Of a stretch of DNA of 52,954 bases, positions 37,309 through 45,497 are shown in pieces. The notes under the pieces are model-generated. The model was not told the origin of the DNA. It made no database searches and saw nothing but the letters and a program-made list of their open reading frames with translations. The stretch lies in the NCBI GenBank assembly GCA_003695265.1, contig RFII01000043.1:1-52954 (forward strand), given 5' to 3'. The stretch comes from Candidatus Woesearchaeota archaeon. GTDB taxonomy: Archaea; Nanobdellota; Nanobdellia; Woesearchaeales; J072. Position 1 is the first letter of the stretch; each line of letters begins with the position of its first letter. The position numbers were made by a program, and so were the translations under genes.

Positions 37309-38457
37309 ATGAAAGGAATAGGAATAATAAGCTATGGCCTGGAAGAAATAGGAAAAAGAGAAGTAAAAGAGATAATAAATTCAGATTCAAAAGTGTGTGA
37401 TGGGGCTTGCGTTTTTCCAGTAAAAAATTTTGAAAGTCTGTGCGAATTGGCTTACAGGGCGCAGAGCTTTTCGAGAGTTATGTTTTTGTTAGCGGAGTTT
37501 AATGTAAGAGACAAAAAAGAATTCAATGAGCAGTTTCAAAAAAAAGTCACTTATTCCAAACTGATAAAATGGGTGAAAAAAGGTTCGACTTTCTGCGTGA
37601 GATGCCTTGCATCGCATAAATTCTCAAAAATGGAAATAGCAGCATTAGCTGGTGAGATAATAATAAAGACAGTAAAGAAAGAAGGCAGATTCACTCCGAA
37701 AGCCTCAATGAAGAACCCTGACGTGATGATCAACGTGTTTATCAACAGGAAAAACAAGGTTTTTGTTGGCGTTGACTTCTGCGGTTTTGACATAAGTAAA
37801 AGGAATTACAAAGTTTTCAGCCACAAGGAGTCATTTAAGGGAACAACATCCTATGGAATACTGCGCTTAAGCAATTTTAAGAAAGGACTGCTAGTTGATC
37901 CTTTCTGCAGGAGCGGCACTTTCGTGATTGAGGCTGCCTTATGGCTCAGCAGAACACCTGTCAGGCTCTTCGAAAAAGAAAGGTTTGCGTTCCTGAAGCT
38001 TCTGAACATTGACTTTGACAGTTTTTTCAGGAGAATTGACAGAAAAGCAACTGAAAAAATGCCTGCAAGAATAATTGGGTATGATTCTATGCGAACAAAC
38101 ATAATCGCGAGCAAGAAAAACGCAAAGATAGCCGGAGTTGAAAAGTTAATAGAATTCGGCGCTTTCGGAGTGGAATGGCTTGACACAAAGCTTGACAAGA
38201 AAAGCGTTGATGCTGTTGTTACAAGAATGCCCCTTTGCGGCAAAAAAGCGAACAAGTCTGTTGTGGAGAAGATATACAAGGAATTCTTTTACCAGTGCGA
38301 ATTTGTCCTTAAAAACAAAGGTGTTATTGTTATTGCAACAGACTCAGAAAAGATGGTTGAAAATAATTCGGGGGCATTTAAGATAGTAAAAAGAATGGAG
38401 ATATTTGTTGGAAAGGAAAAACAAAAAATTCTTATTTTAAAACACCAAAAAATATAA
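37309..38457 (+). CDS. THUMP-domain class I methyltransferase-like protein (Trm14/RlmL-like) with degenerate catalytic motif
   Basis: N-terminal THUMP-sized region. SAM motif I-like DPFCRSGTFVIEAA. The motif IV position reads VVTRMPLCG instead of (D/N)PPY. Confidence 0.65.
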   Translation: MKGIGIISYGLEEIGKREVKEIINSDSKVCDGACVFPVKNFESLCELAYRAQSFSRVMFLLAEFNVRDKKEFNEQFQKKVTYSKLIKWVKKGSTFCVRCLASHKFSKMEIAALAGEIIIKTVKKEGRFTPKASMKNPDVMINVFINRKNKVFVGVDFCGFDISKRNYKVFSHKESFKGTTSYGILRLSNFKKGLLVDPFCRSGTFVIEAALWLSRTPVRLFEKERFAFLKLLNIDFDSFFRRIDRKATEKMPARIIGYDSMRTNIIASKKNAKIAGVEKLIEFGAFGVEWLDTKLDKKSVDAVVTRMPLCGKKANKSVVEKIYKEFFYQCEFVLKNKGVIVIATDSEKMVENNSGAFKIVKRMEIFVGKEKQKILILKHQKI

Positions 38458-38483
38458 AAAACAAGCACGACTAAGTTAAGATA

Positions 38484-38963
38484 ATGGCAGAATTAAAGGT
38501 GTGGCACTTAGTAAGCATAGAAGCTGTGCTTGTCGTCCTGCTCGTGTTTTTTTATTTGAGTTCCCTCAGCCCTGGGAAAAGTACTTTAAAGGACAGAGTT
38601 TCTCCTTTTGACAGGATTAAGGAAGAGCAGATACACGTGCTTGATGACAGAGTAATAGTTGAATTAAGAAATGCTGAGCGCGCAAAAATAGCAGACACAA
38701 ACTCAATGGACCCTGTAATTGACAAGGACTCAAGCGTTCTTCAGATTGTGCCAAAGTCTCCTGAGGACATTCATGTCGGCGACATAATATCATATTCTCC
38801 GAGCTACAACAAGGACTTGATAATAATTCACAGAGTCATAGAAATAGGGACTGACGAAAAAGGGTATTATTACAAGGCAAAAGGAGATAATTCTCCCTGG
38901 GCTGACCCAGGAAAGATAAGGTTTGAGGACATCAGCAGGATACTCGTGGGGGTGCTTTACTGA
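38484..38963 (+). CDS. Signal peptidase I, archaeal/ER type (S26B)
   Basis: TM anchor, NSMDPVI (Ser), IIHRV (His), GDNS (Asp) boxes. Confidence 0.8.
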   Translation: MAELKVWHLVSIEAVLVVLLVFFYLSSLSPGKSTLKDRVSPFDRIKEEQIHVLDDRVIVELRNAERAKIADTNSMDPVIDKDSSVLQIVPKSPEDIHVGDIISYSPSYNKDLIIIHRVIEIGTDEKGYYYKAKGDNSPWADPGKIRFEDISRILVGVLY

Positions 38964-39196
38964 TGAGAAAAATTTTATTAATTACACTCATTATTTTTAT
39001 GTTTGCAATTGCCGGTTGTACTTATACTAATAGGGTTGGCCTCGCAATAACAACAACTCAAAGTGACAACAGTGTTTCCTTACAAAAGGATAACCTGATA
39101 GAATGCTGTACTTTCACTGATGATAAAGGTAATGAAAGAACTTGCGCTGCTGTCAAAAGCCACGGCTGCGATATCTGCAAAGAGAAATGCGGGTGA
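38963..39196 (+). CDS. Small Cys-rich putative lipoprotein
   Basis: Lipobox AIAGC after a hydrophobic signal. Six Cys in the ~58-aa mature part. TGATG overlap with the signal peptidase stop. Confidence 0.5.
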   Translation: MRKILLITLIIFMFAIAGCTYTNRVGLAITTTQSDNSVSLQKDNLIECCTFTDDKGNERTCAAVKSHGCDICKEKCG

Positions 39197-39675
39197 TTAG
39201 AGTGCAATGCGACATGTGCGGTGCTGAAACAAAGCTTTTTTATGCTATCGTAGAGGGAACTAAGCTGAGTGTGTGCAAGCACTGCGGAAAATTTGGGAAG
39301 ATTATCTCGCCCGTCAAGACAGAAAAGATTGCTGAGAAGAAGGAAGAGTTTTTTGTTGAAAAACCGAAGAAAGAGATAATCCAAGTGATAACAAAGGATT
39401 TCGCCGCAAAAATAAAAAAGAAGCGCGAGCAGATGGGCTTAAGACAGGAAGACTTTGCAAAAAAAATTTCTGAGAAAGAATCACTCATACACAACATTGA
39501 AAGCGGAAAGTTTGAGCCCAGCATCGAGCTCGCTAGAAAGCTTGAGAAATTCCTTCACATCAAGCTTGTGGAAGAGTACGAGGAGGAGCACAAGCCGCAA
39601 ATCAGCCAAAAAAGCGAAAGCATGACCATAGGGGACATGATAAAAGTAAAGAGAAGAATTAATAATAAAGAATAA
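39187..39675 (+). CDS. mbf1: Archaeal multiprotein bridging factor 1 (zinc ribbon plus XRE HTH)
   Basis: N-terminus is CDMCG...CKHCG. HTH region is IKKKREQMGLRQEDFAKKISEKESLIHNIESGK. ATG at 39187; the track start lies upstream in the overlap. Confidence 0.85.
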   Translation: MRVIRVQCDMCGAETKLFYAIVEGTKLSVCKHCGKFGKIISPVKTEKIAEKKEEFFVEKPKKEIIQVITKDFAAKIKKKREQMGLRQEDFAKKISEKESLIHNIESGKFEPSIELARKLEKFLHIKLVEEYEEEHKPQISQKSESMTIGDMIKVKRRINNKE

Positions 39676-40513
39676 CAAAAGCAAGTGCCAGCCAAATAAG
39701 CATTGAGGTTATTAGAGGCTTGTCAAGAAACGCCTTTTCTGGATTTCTCGCAACAGGGGAATTTGTGAATATTAAGTAAAAATACCTGAAAATCCCATAA
39801 AGGACCACAGGTAATGTGAGTGTAAGCCAATGGTTTGTGGCTTGCGTGTAAAGCGCGTATGAGAGTATTAGGGTTGTGGTTGAGATTATCATCAAGGCGT
39901 TTGTTAATTCATTATTGTAATGCTTGAGGCTCTTTCTTGTCCTGCTAGCTAACGATTTTAAAGTATTATACTCGGCCTTTCTTTTGCCTATTGAAAGGAA
40001 TAAAGACAGGAAAAAAGGGCAGAGTATTAGCCAAGGCGAAACATAAACATTGATCAGGATAGCACCTGCTATTGCGCGCAGGACAAAATTTGTGGCTATG
40101 ACAAGTATGTCAAGAAAGATTATTTCTCTGGCTTTGAGAGAATAAAAGAGTGTGAGGATAAAAAGCAAAGCGCAGGCAAAAAAGAAAGCCGTGCTGAGGG
40201 TTAAAGCTGTTAAAAGAGCAACGGCAAGAAGAATAATTGAGATTGTTAAGGCGTGGCTTACAGGAACTATGCCTGCTGCAATAACCCTTCTTGACTTCTC
40301 AGGATGCATGCTGTCCTTTTCCCTGTCTATAATGTCATTAATTATGTAGCCAGAAAATGAGGTTAGTGTAAGCGCGAAAAATCCTATTATTGTCGTGGAA
40401 AGCATTTGAGCATTAAAAATGTTGAATGAAAAGAAAACTGCCAGGAAAACGAGAAGGTTCTTGTATGATTGGCTAAGCCTCAAAAGCCTTAAATAATCCA
40501 ATATTCCTGCCAT
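39659..40513 (-). CDS. UbiA-family prenyltransferase, decaprenyl-phosphate phosphoribosyltransferase-like
   Basis: About 8 TM helices. Contains YIINDIIDREKDSMHPEKSRRVIAAG, which carries the NDxxDxxxD motif and an HPxK...AAG block like the one I recall for DPPR synthases. Confidence 0.7.
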   Translation of the reverse strand: MAGILDYLRLLRLSQSYKNLLVFLAVFFSFNIFNAQMLSTTIIGFFALTLTSFSGYIINDIIDREKDSMHPEKSRRVIAAGIVPVSHALTISIILLAVALLTALTLSTAFFFACALLFILTLFYSLKAREIIFLDILVIATNFVLRAIAGAILINVYVSPWLILCPFFLSLFLSIGKRKAEYNTLKSLASRTRKSLKHYNNELTNALMIISTTTLILSYALYTQATNHWLTLTLPVVLYGIFRYFYLIFTNSPVARNPEKAFLDKPLITSMLIWLALAFVILYY

Positions 40514-40700
40514 GACGCAAAGAACATAAAGTAAGTTTAAATAATTTGTTATAATTTGGCAAAGTCAACTTAAGTGAGAAAGCTTTCGTGAATTGGGTGG
40601 TGCGGGCGGGACTAAAAAAATTTTACATATTTCATAAAAACTTTTTAATCTCCAAACTCAACAAAGCTGACTTAACCTTATAATTTATATTTACACTGTT

Positions 40701-42098
40701 TTATTTGCTCTCAAACAAGTAACTGTTATTGTCTTGAAGCACTAAATCAAAAGTCTCGTTTAAGAATTTGATAAACTCTTCCGTCTTATTCGGGCATTGG
40801 TAGTCAAAAGGATTGCAGGGAATGTCATTCAAGTTAACAAAAACAAAGCTTATGTTTGAAGAGTTTGCAGAGGAGTAAACAATTTTATCGTTAATCAGTT
40901 CTGTCCCGTAAAGAGGGTAATAAATGAGTGTCAGCTTGGCGTCTGTGTACAGTGTCGTGAATGGGGTCGTCGTTAATATTTCACCTTTACGATTATTCTC
41001 CTTAATGTACTCTTGCAAATGGTCTTCGCTAGTTCCTGCATCAAATCTTAGCAATGAGCTTACAAGAAAAACAAATGAAAGAAGAGTTATTATGCTAATA
41101 ATCAGCTTTTGCTTATTTCTTATCATTGAAAGAGCGCCTTCAGCAGCAAGAACCGCGGCAAAAGGAAGGAATAAGAGAGAATACCTTTCTGTCTTGCAAG
41201 TTAAAAGAGTGTGGTAAGCCAACGGAAAAATAAATGACAGCACCAACAAAAGTTTATTAGCATTTTTTGCCCTAATTAAATAAAATATTCCCGCAACAGA
41301 AAATAATAAGAAAGGGTTATCAGCAATTATTAAGACAAAAAAGTAATGCCACGGCTTAACATGGAGGACATTGCATCCTACAACATTATTGATGACCTTG
41401 TTCGCGGAAATAAAAGGCAAAAATGGGTTTTTGTAAAGCGTGTAGTTAAGCAATAAAAAAGGAATCTGTACAGCAATAAAAGCTGCGCATACTTTAAACA
41501 AGGGGCTTGCCGAAATGATTATTTTTTTTCTTTTCTCAAAAAGCAGGGCAAAAATGAATACAGGCAGAAAAATGCCTGCTGTGAATTTTGTTAGGGCAGC
41601 CAAAGATGAGAAAGCGCCTGCAAGAAAATATTTTTTTGAAACAAAAAAGTAGATTGAAAGTAAAACAAGCATTATAGTTAAAGGCTCAACAAGCAAGTAA
41701 GTCGTGTTGAGGAAGAAGATTGAGCTAAGCCCGAACAAAATCGAGCTTAGAAAAGCCTTGTTTTTGTTAAGCACTAATTCTGCTATTTTATAAACGAGTG
41801 TTATGGATGCTAAAGAAAAGATTATTTGCATGATTCTGCCGAAAAGCAAAGGATCAAGGCCTATTTTCCATAAAAATCCTAGGATAATAGGCCAGAGCAA
41901 ACCGCGAATAGGCTCCCACAACCCTGCTTTGCCAAGAGTGTAAATGTATTTTCCCATGCCCACGTAAACTGCAGCGTCCCAATGAAGCAGGCTTCCCTTA
42001 ATCAAGAAGACTGTCTGCAAAGCCAAAAAGCAAACAAGGACGAGCACAAGCTGAACTTTGCTTTTGACAAAAGCTTTAAGATTCTGTGCAGAGCTCAT
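40701..42098 (-). CDS. GT-C fold polytopic glycosyltransferase (family 39/83, ArnT/PMT-like)
   Basis: About 12 TM helices. First external loop carries HWDAAVYVGMGKYIY. Small C-terminal soluble domain. Confidence 0.6.
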   Translation of the reverse strand: MSSAQNLKAFVKSKVQLVLVLVCFLALQTVFLIKGSLLHWDAAVYVGMGKYIYTLGKAGLWEPIRGLLWPIILGFLWKIGLDPLLFGRIMQIIFSLASITLVYKIAELVLNKNKAFLSSILFGLSSIFFLNTTYLLVEPLTIMLVLLSIYFFVSKKYFLAGAFSSLAALTKFTAGIFLPVFIFALLFEKRKKIIISASPLFKVCAAFIAVQIPFLLLNYTLYKNPFLPFISANKVINNVVGCNVLHVKPWHYFFVLIIADNPFLLFSVAGIFYLIRAKNANKLLLVLSFIFPLAYHTLLTCKTERYSLLFLPFAAVLAAEGALSMIRNKQKLIISIITLLSFVFLVSSLLRFDAGTSEDHLQEYIKENNRKGEILTTTPFTTLYTDAKLTLIYYPLYGTELINDKIVYSSANSSNISFVFVNLNDIPCNPFDYQCPNKTEEFIKFLNETFDLVLQDNNSYLFESK

Positions 42099-42768
42099 TC
42101 TCAGTCTTGTACAAAGAACACAGTACTTCTTTTAATTCTTTTTTGTCAACAAGCCCCTCGAACTTCTCATCCTGAACAACTATAGTTGGGTAAGTGCTTA
42201 CCTCGAAAGTCTTTTTAAGAATGCTTATCATAGGCTCCTGCTCGAAGTTTGAGTCAAGAGCGAATATCAGGATTTTGTCCTTCAACAGTTTCTTGAAGTA
42301 AGTTAAGACAAACGCCTGCTCCTCGCAGTCAGGGCATTCTTTCTTAGTTGAATAAAAATACAGAACAGTCACGTAATCCTCGTCGCAGATTTCCTTGGTC
42401 CTTTTTGCCAAAAGCCAATATCTGAGCTGGGCAATTGTATAATCCCTCCAGAGCAAATCAAATTCTTGGCTTCTTAAAGTGGCGTCTTCCTTGTAATTCT
42501 CAAGCCTTATCCTAGCCTCCTCAAGCGTTTTTATGTATTCATTAAAAGTTTTTGTTACTGCCTCGCAGTTTTCCTCCCTGCTTAATTGGTCTATGTATTG
42601 GTATTGAAGTTGAAGGCTGCTGAACTCAAGGTTTTGAGCTTTTGTTTTGTCCTCTATGTAAGCAACCCTTTTGCCTTCTATAACAAGGCCGAGCAGCAGG
42701 CCAAAGAGAAATACAGCCACTGTAAGCACAAAAGCAAGGAAATATCTCTTTTTATTGTAAGTTCTCAT
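42076..42768 (-). CDS. Membrane-anchored thioredoxin-fold protein with CPDC motif
   Basis: N-terminal TM, a coiled-coil segment, then YFYSTKKECPDCEEQ...STYPTIVV (Trx-like CxxC and cis-Pro region). Confidence 0.65.
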   Translation of the reverse strand: MRTYNKKRYFLAFVLTVAVFLFGLLLGLVIEGKRVAYIEDKTKAQNLEFSSLQLQYQYIDQLSREENCEAVTKTFNEYIKTLEEARIRLENYKEDATLRSQEFDLLWRDYTIAQLRYWLLAKRTKEICDEDYVTVLYFYSTKKECPDCEEQAFVLTYFKKLLKDKILIFALDSNFEQEPMISILKKTFEVSTYPTIVVQDEKFEGLVDKKELKEVLCSLYKTENELCTES

Positions 42769-42772
42769 AGAA

Positions 42773-44020
42773 TCACCAGGTTTGGATTCTCTTAAATATT
42801 AAGTCTTTTACAACGCCAAGCCACACTATTGACAATATGAAAAAGTAAAACATTATGTAAATCACGATGTTCGGCTTTATGTAATCCCTGACTTTCTCTC
42901 TTGAATATTTAAAAGAGAGGTACATAACAAAAGATGTTATGCACAGCATAAAAATCAGTATTGTTGTGTTTATGAAGTTTAGGTCAAGCCAATAAACATT
43001 AAATGTGATGTCTTTGAGAAACGTGAGAAAGTCGAATTCAACAAGCCTCATATTAAGAAAATAAAGAACGTACGGCTTGAAAAATGAGTAAGCTGTTGTT
43101 ACGAGCAGGACCACTGCAAAAATTGCAGAGAGGATCAGGATAGGTATTTGTATAAGCCCGAAATCGCCGTATTTCGGGTTGAATATCATATTCCTGTATT
43201 TCAGCGCGTTGAGTATCCCTCCTTTAAACCAGCGGTTCCTCTGCCTATAAAAAGACTTGAATGTTGAAGGGACTGGAGTGTAAACCTCTGCGAGGTTGTT
43301 CTGGACTAATTTGTAATTGTGCTTTTGCAGCCTGATTGCCATTTCCAGGTCTTCTGTCAGGTTGGACTCGTCGAAGCCGCCGACTTTCCTTAGTATTTCT
43401 GTCCTGTAAACGCTGAAAGGGCCTGGCGCTACGTGGATGCAGTCAAGGCAGCCCATCAGCTTTTTGTAAAAGAAGTTTATCAAGTACTCGGCTTTCTGCA
43501 TCCACTGCAGAATATTTTTTGGTTTTTTGGCTTTTAATATTGGGAGAGCTATTGCCACATTTTTGTTTTCAAACTCAGGAAGGAGTATTCTTAGAGCATC
43601 CTTGTGCACTATTGAGTCAGCGTCAAGGCACACAAAAAACTCTCCGCGGGCAATTTTTAACGCCTTGTTCATCGCGACTCCTTTCCCCTGGTTCTTCTGA
43701 TTTATTAGAATAATTTCTGGGTGTAGTTTCTTGAATTCCTCAACCTTTTCTCTTGTCCTGTCCTGTGAGCCGTCATTAACAACAATTATTTCCAGCTTGT
43801 CTTTAGGATAATTTAGGTTAAGAACAGACTTTACTGAATGGATTATTGTCTTTTCCTCATTGTATGCTGGCAGCACAACAGTAACCAAAGGGTGCCTTTT
43901 AAGCCTTTTTTTCTTTTCAGATATGTCTTTCTCAAAGAAGACTATCATCCAGAATATTGCAAAGTATAGTGACAAAAAATATATTATCATCAAAAAAATG
44001 TCAACTACTGCTATTTTCAT
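42773..44020 (-). CDS. Processive family-2 glycosyltransferase (PgaC/cellulose/chitin-synthase-like)
   Basis: VVLPAYNEE, DADS, LTEDLE (TED) and QRNRWFKG (QxxRW) motifs. One N-terminal and several C-terminal TM helices. Confidence 0.85.
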   Translation of the reverse strand: MKIAVVDIFLMIIYFLSLYFAIFWMIVFFEKDISEKKKRLKRHPLVTVVLPAYNEEKTIIHSVKSVLNLNYPKDKLEIIVVNDGSQDRTREKVEEFKKLHPEIILINQKNQGKGVAMNKALKIARGEFFVCLDADSIVHKDALRILLPEFENKNVAIALPILKAKKPKNILQWMQKAEYLINFFYKKLMGCLDCIHVAPGPFSVYRTEILRKVGGFDESNLTEDLEMAIRLQKHNYKLVQNNLAEVYTPVPSTFKSFYRQRNRWFKGGILNALKYRNMIFNPKYGDFGLIQIPILILSAIFAVVLLVTTAYSFFKPYVLYFLNMRLVEFDFLTFLKDITFNVYWLDLNFINTTILIFMLCITSFVMYLSFKYSREKVRDYIKPNIVIYIMFYFFILSIVWLGVVKDLIFKRIQTW

Positions 44021-45495
44021 TTTTGCAACACTGGTTTGCCCTGTTTTTTATTTAAATTTTGCGTTAATTCCAATACTTTCCATATTTCAATGCCTGACTC
44101 ATTGTATACATTTATGAACGTCCTCCTGTTTGAGAAAAGGAAAAGCAGGCCCTCATCAGACTTTCTCCACACAAGACCGTTTTTCATTTTATCATTTATC
44201 CATATGTAGCTAATATTGTATTTCTGAAGAGCCTGCTTTGTTGCTTCGAGGTTTCTTGAGTAAAATATGGTTTTTGAGTTCCTAAGACGTTCATTAATGT
44301 TTGGTGTGTAATCAAACTTTTCATCTAAAATGACTTTTCTTCCTGCTATTGATTCTATAAAAAATCCGTTTGAATAATGTGAAAAAACAACATCATTATC
44401 GTTCGTGTTAGCCCTCAGCCAGACAAGGCTGTCATAAACACCTTGGCTTGGCTCAGCTAAGGACAATCTCTGAATAAAAATAGTTGTGCTGAAAATAAGC
44501 CCGCAAAATATTAGGATGAACGTAAAAATCTTTACTATTTCGAGCTCCCATTTGTACCTTACAAGAGTTACAAGGCAGAATCCGCCAAAAAGAGAGTATA
44601 AAATGCTCACGTAAAGCCTTGTCTCTTCAAAGAACAATGAAGATATAAAGATGATTAGAATGAGAAGGTAAGGTAAAATATTCTTGTTTTTCCTTGACCA
44701 TAAAACAACAAATCCTCCCAAAGCGATTATTATGCTAAAAGAGCTGAAACCATAGATGCTTCCAAATTCTGAAACGTAATTTGTGAGCAAACCCTTACTA
44801 GATATTTCCGCTTTTTCAGGATAACCGTACGTTGAATAAAAAGGAACTTGAATTAATAAAAACACGAGCAGGATAAGTGTGATAATAATAGCAATCTGTT
44901 TCGCGTTCTCTTTCTTTAAAAAAGAATAAATTAGCAGGAGGATGACCAATGTTAATGATTCGAGCTTGCCAAAAAGAGGAATTGCTAAGAAAAAAGGGAG
45001 TGACATGTAAAAAGACCATTTTTTGCCATGTACGAGCAGAAAGAAACCTATTAAGGATGTTAAGAAAAGGAAAGACAATGGTTCAAAAGTTGTGAAAACA
45101 AATATGAATGTTGGTGACAAAACAAAAATCAAGACTGAAAGGTTAGCTTGTATTACTCCAATGCCGTGTTTTCTTAAAATGAGGTAAAGCAAAAAAACAG
45201 ATAAAACCCCAAAAAGTATTGGAAGGTACCTTGCAAGAAGCAGAAGAGGAATGAAAGCGCTTAGCTTTCTAATAAAAATATAATAAGGATTGAATTCGGC
45301 CGGCCTGCTTCCAATCACAAGTTCATCATTTTCAATATTCTCATCACTTGTTTTCAACAGATGATAATAAGTTTTTGATCCTACAAGCTGCTCATTGCCT
45401 GATGACAGCCTGAGAAGGTGCGGCAGAAATAGTATAATTAATGAAAGTGTAATTATCCCAATTGGCAAAACCTTACCATAATTTTTCTTCCCCAT
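44017..45495 (-). CDS. STT3/AglB-like GT-C membrane protein, paralog B (WWDxG position reads HYSNG)
   Basis: About 13 TM helices plus a C-terminal soluble domain. The first loop contains TYYHL. The C-terminal block WLRANTNDNDVVFSHYSNGFFIESIAGRKV aligns by eye with the AglB WWDYG region. AAGGTG SD lies before the ATG at 45495. Confidence 0.55.
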   Translation of the reverse strand: MGKKNYGKVLPIGIITLSLIILFLPHLLRLSSGNEQLVGSKTYYHLLKTSDENIENDELVIGSRPAEFNPYYIFIRKLSAFIPLLLLARYLPILFGVLSVFLLYLILRKHGIGVIQANLSVLIFVLSPTFIFVFTTFEPLSFLFLTSLIGFFLLVHGKKWSFYMSLPFFLAIPLFGKLESLTLVILLLIYSFLKKENAKQIAIIITLILLVFLLIQVPFYSTYGYPEKAEISSKGLLTNYVSEFGSIYGFSSFSIIIALGGFVVLWSRKNKNILPYLLILIIFISSLFFEETRLYVSILYSLFGGFCLVTLVRYKWELEIVKIFTFILIFCGLIFSTTIFIQRLSLAEPSQGVYDSLVWLRANTNDNDVVFSHYSNGFFIESIAGRKVILDEKFDYTPNINERLRNSKTIFYSRNLEATKQALQKYNISYIWINDKMKNGLVWRKSDEGLLFLFSNRRTFINVYNESGIEIWKVLELTQNLNKKQGKPVLQK

Positions 45496-45497
45496 TA

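Noticed and set aside
40514-40700. GC-rich run GGGTGGTGCGGGCGGGAC (about 40597-40614) in the gap between the GT-C and UbiA genes, considered as a small RNA or tRNA fragment.
   Set aside because: There is no complementary strand for a stem and no flanking tRNA-like arms. It is more likely part of the promoter or 5' region of the UbiA gene.
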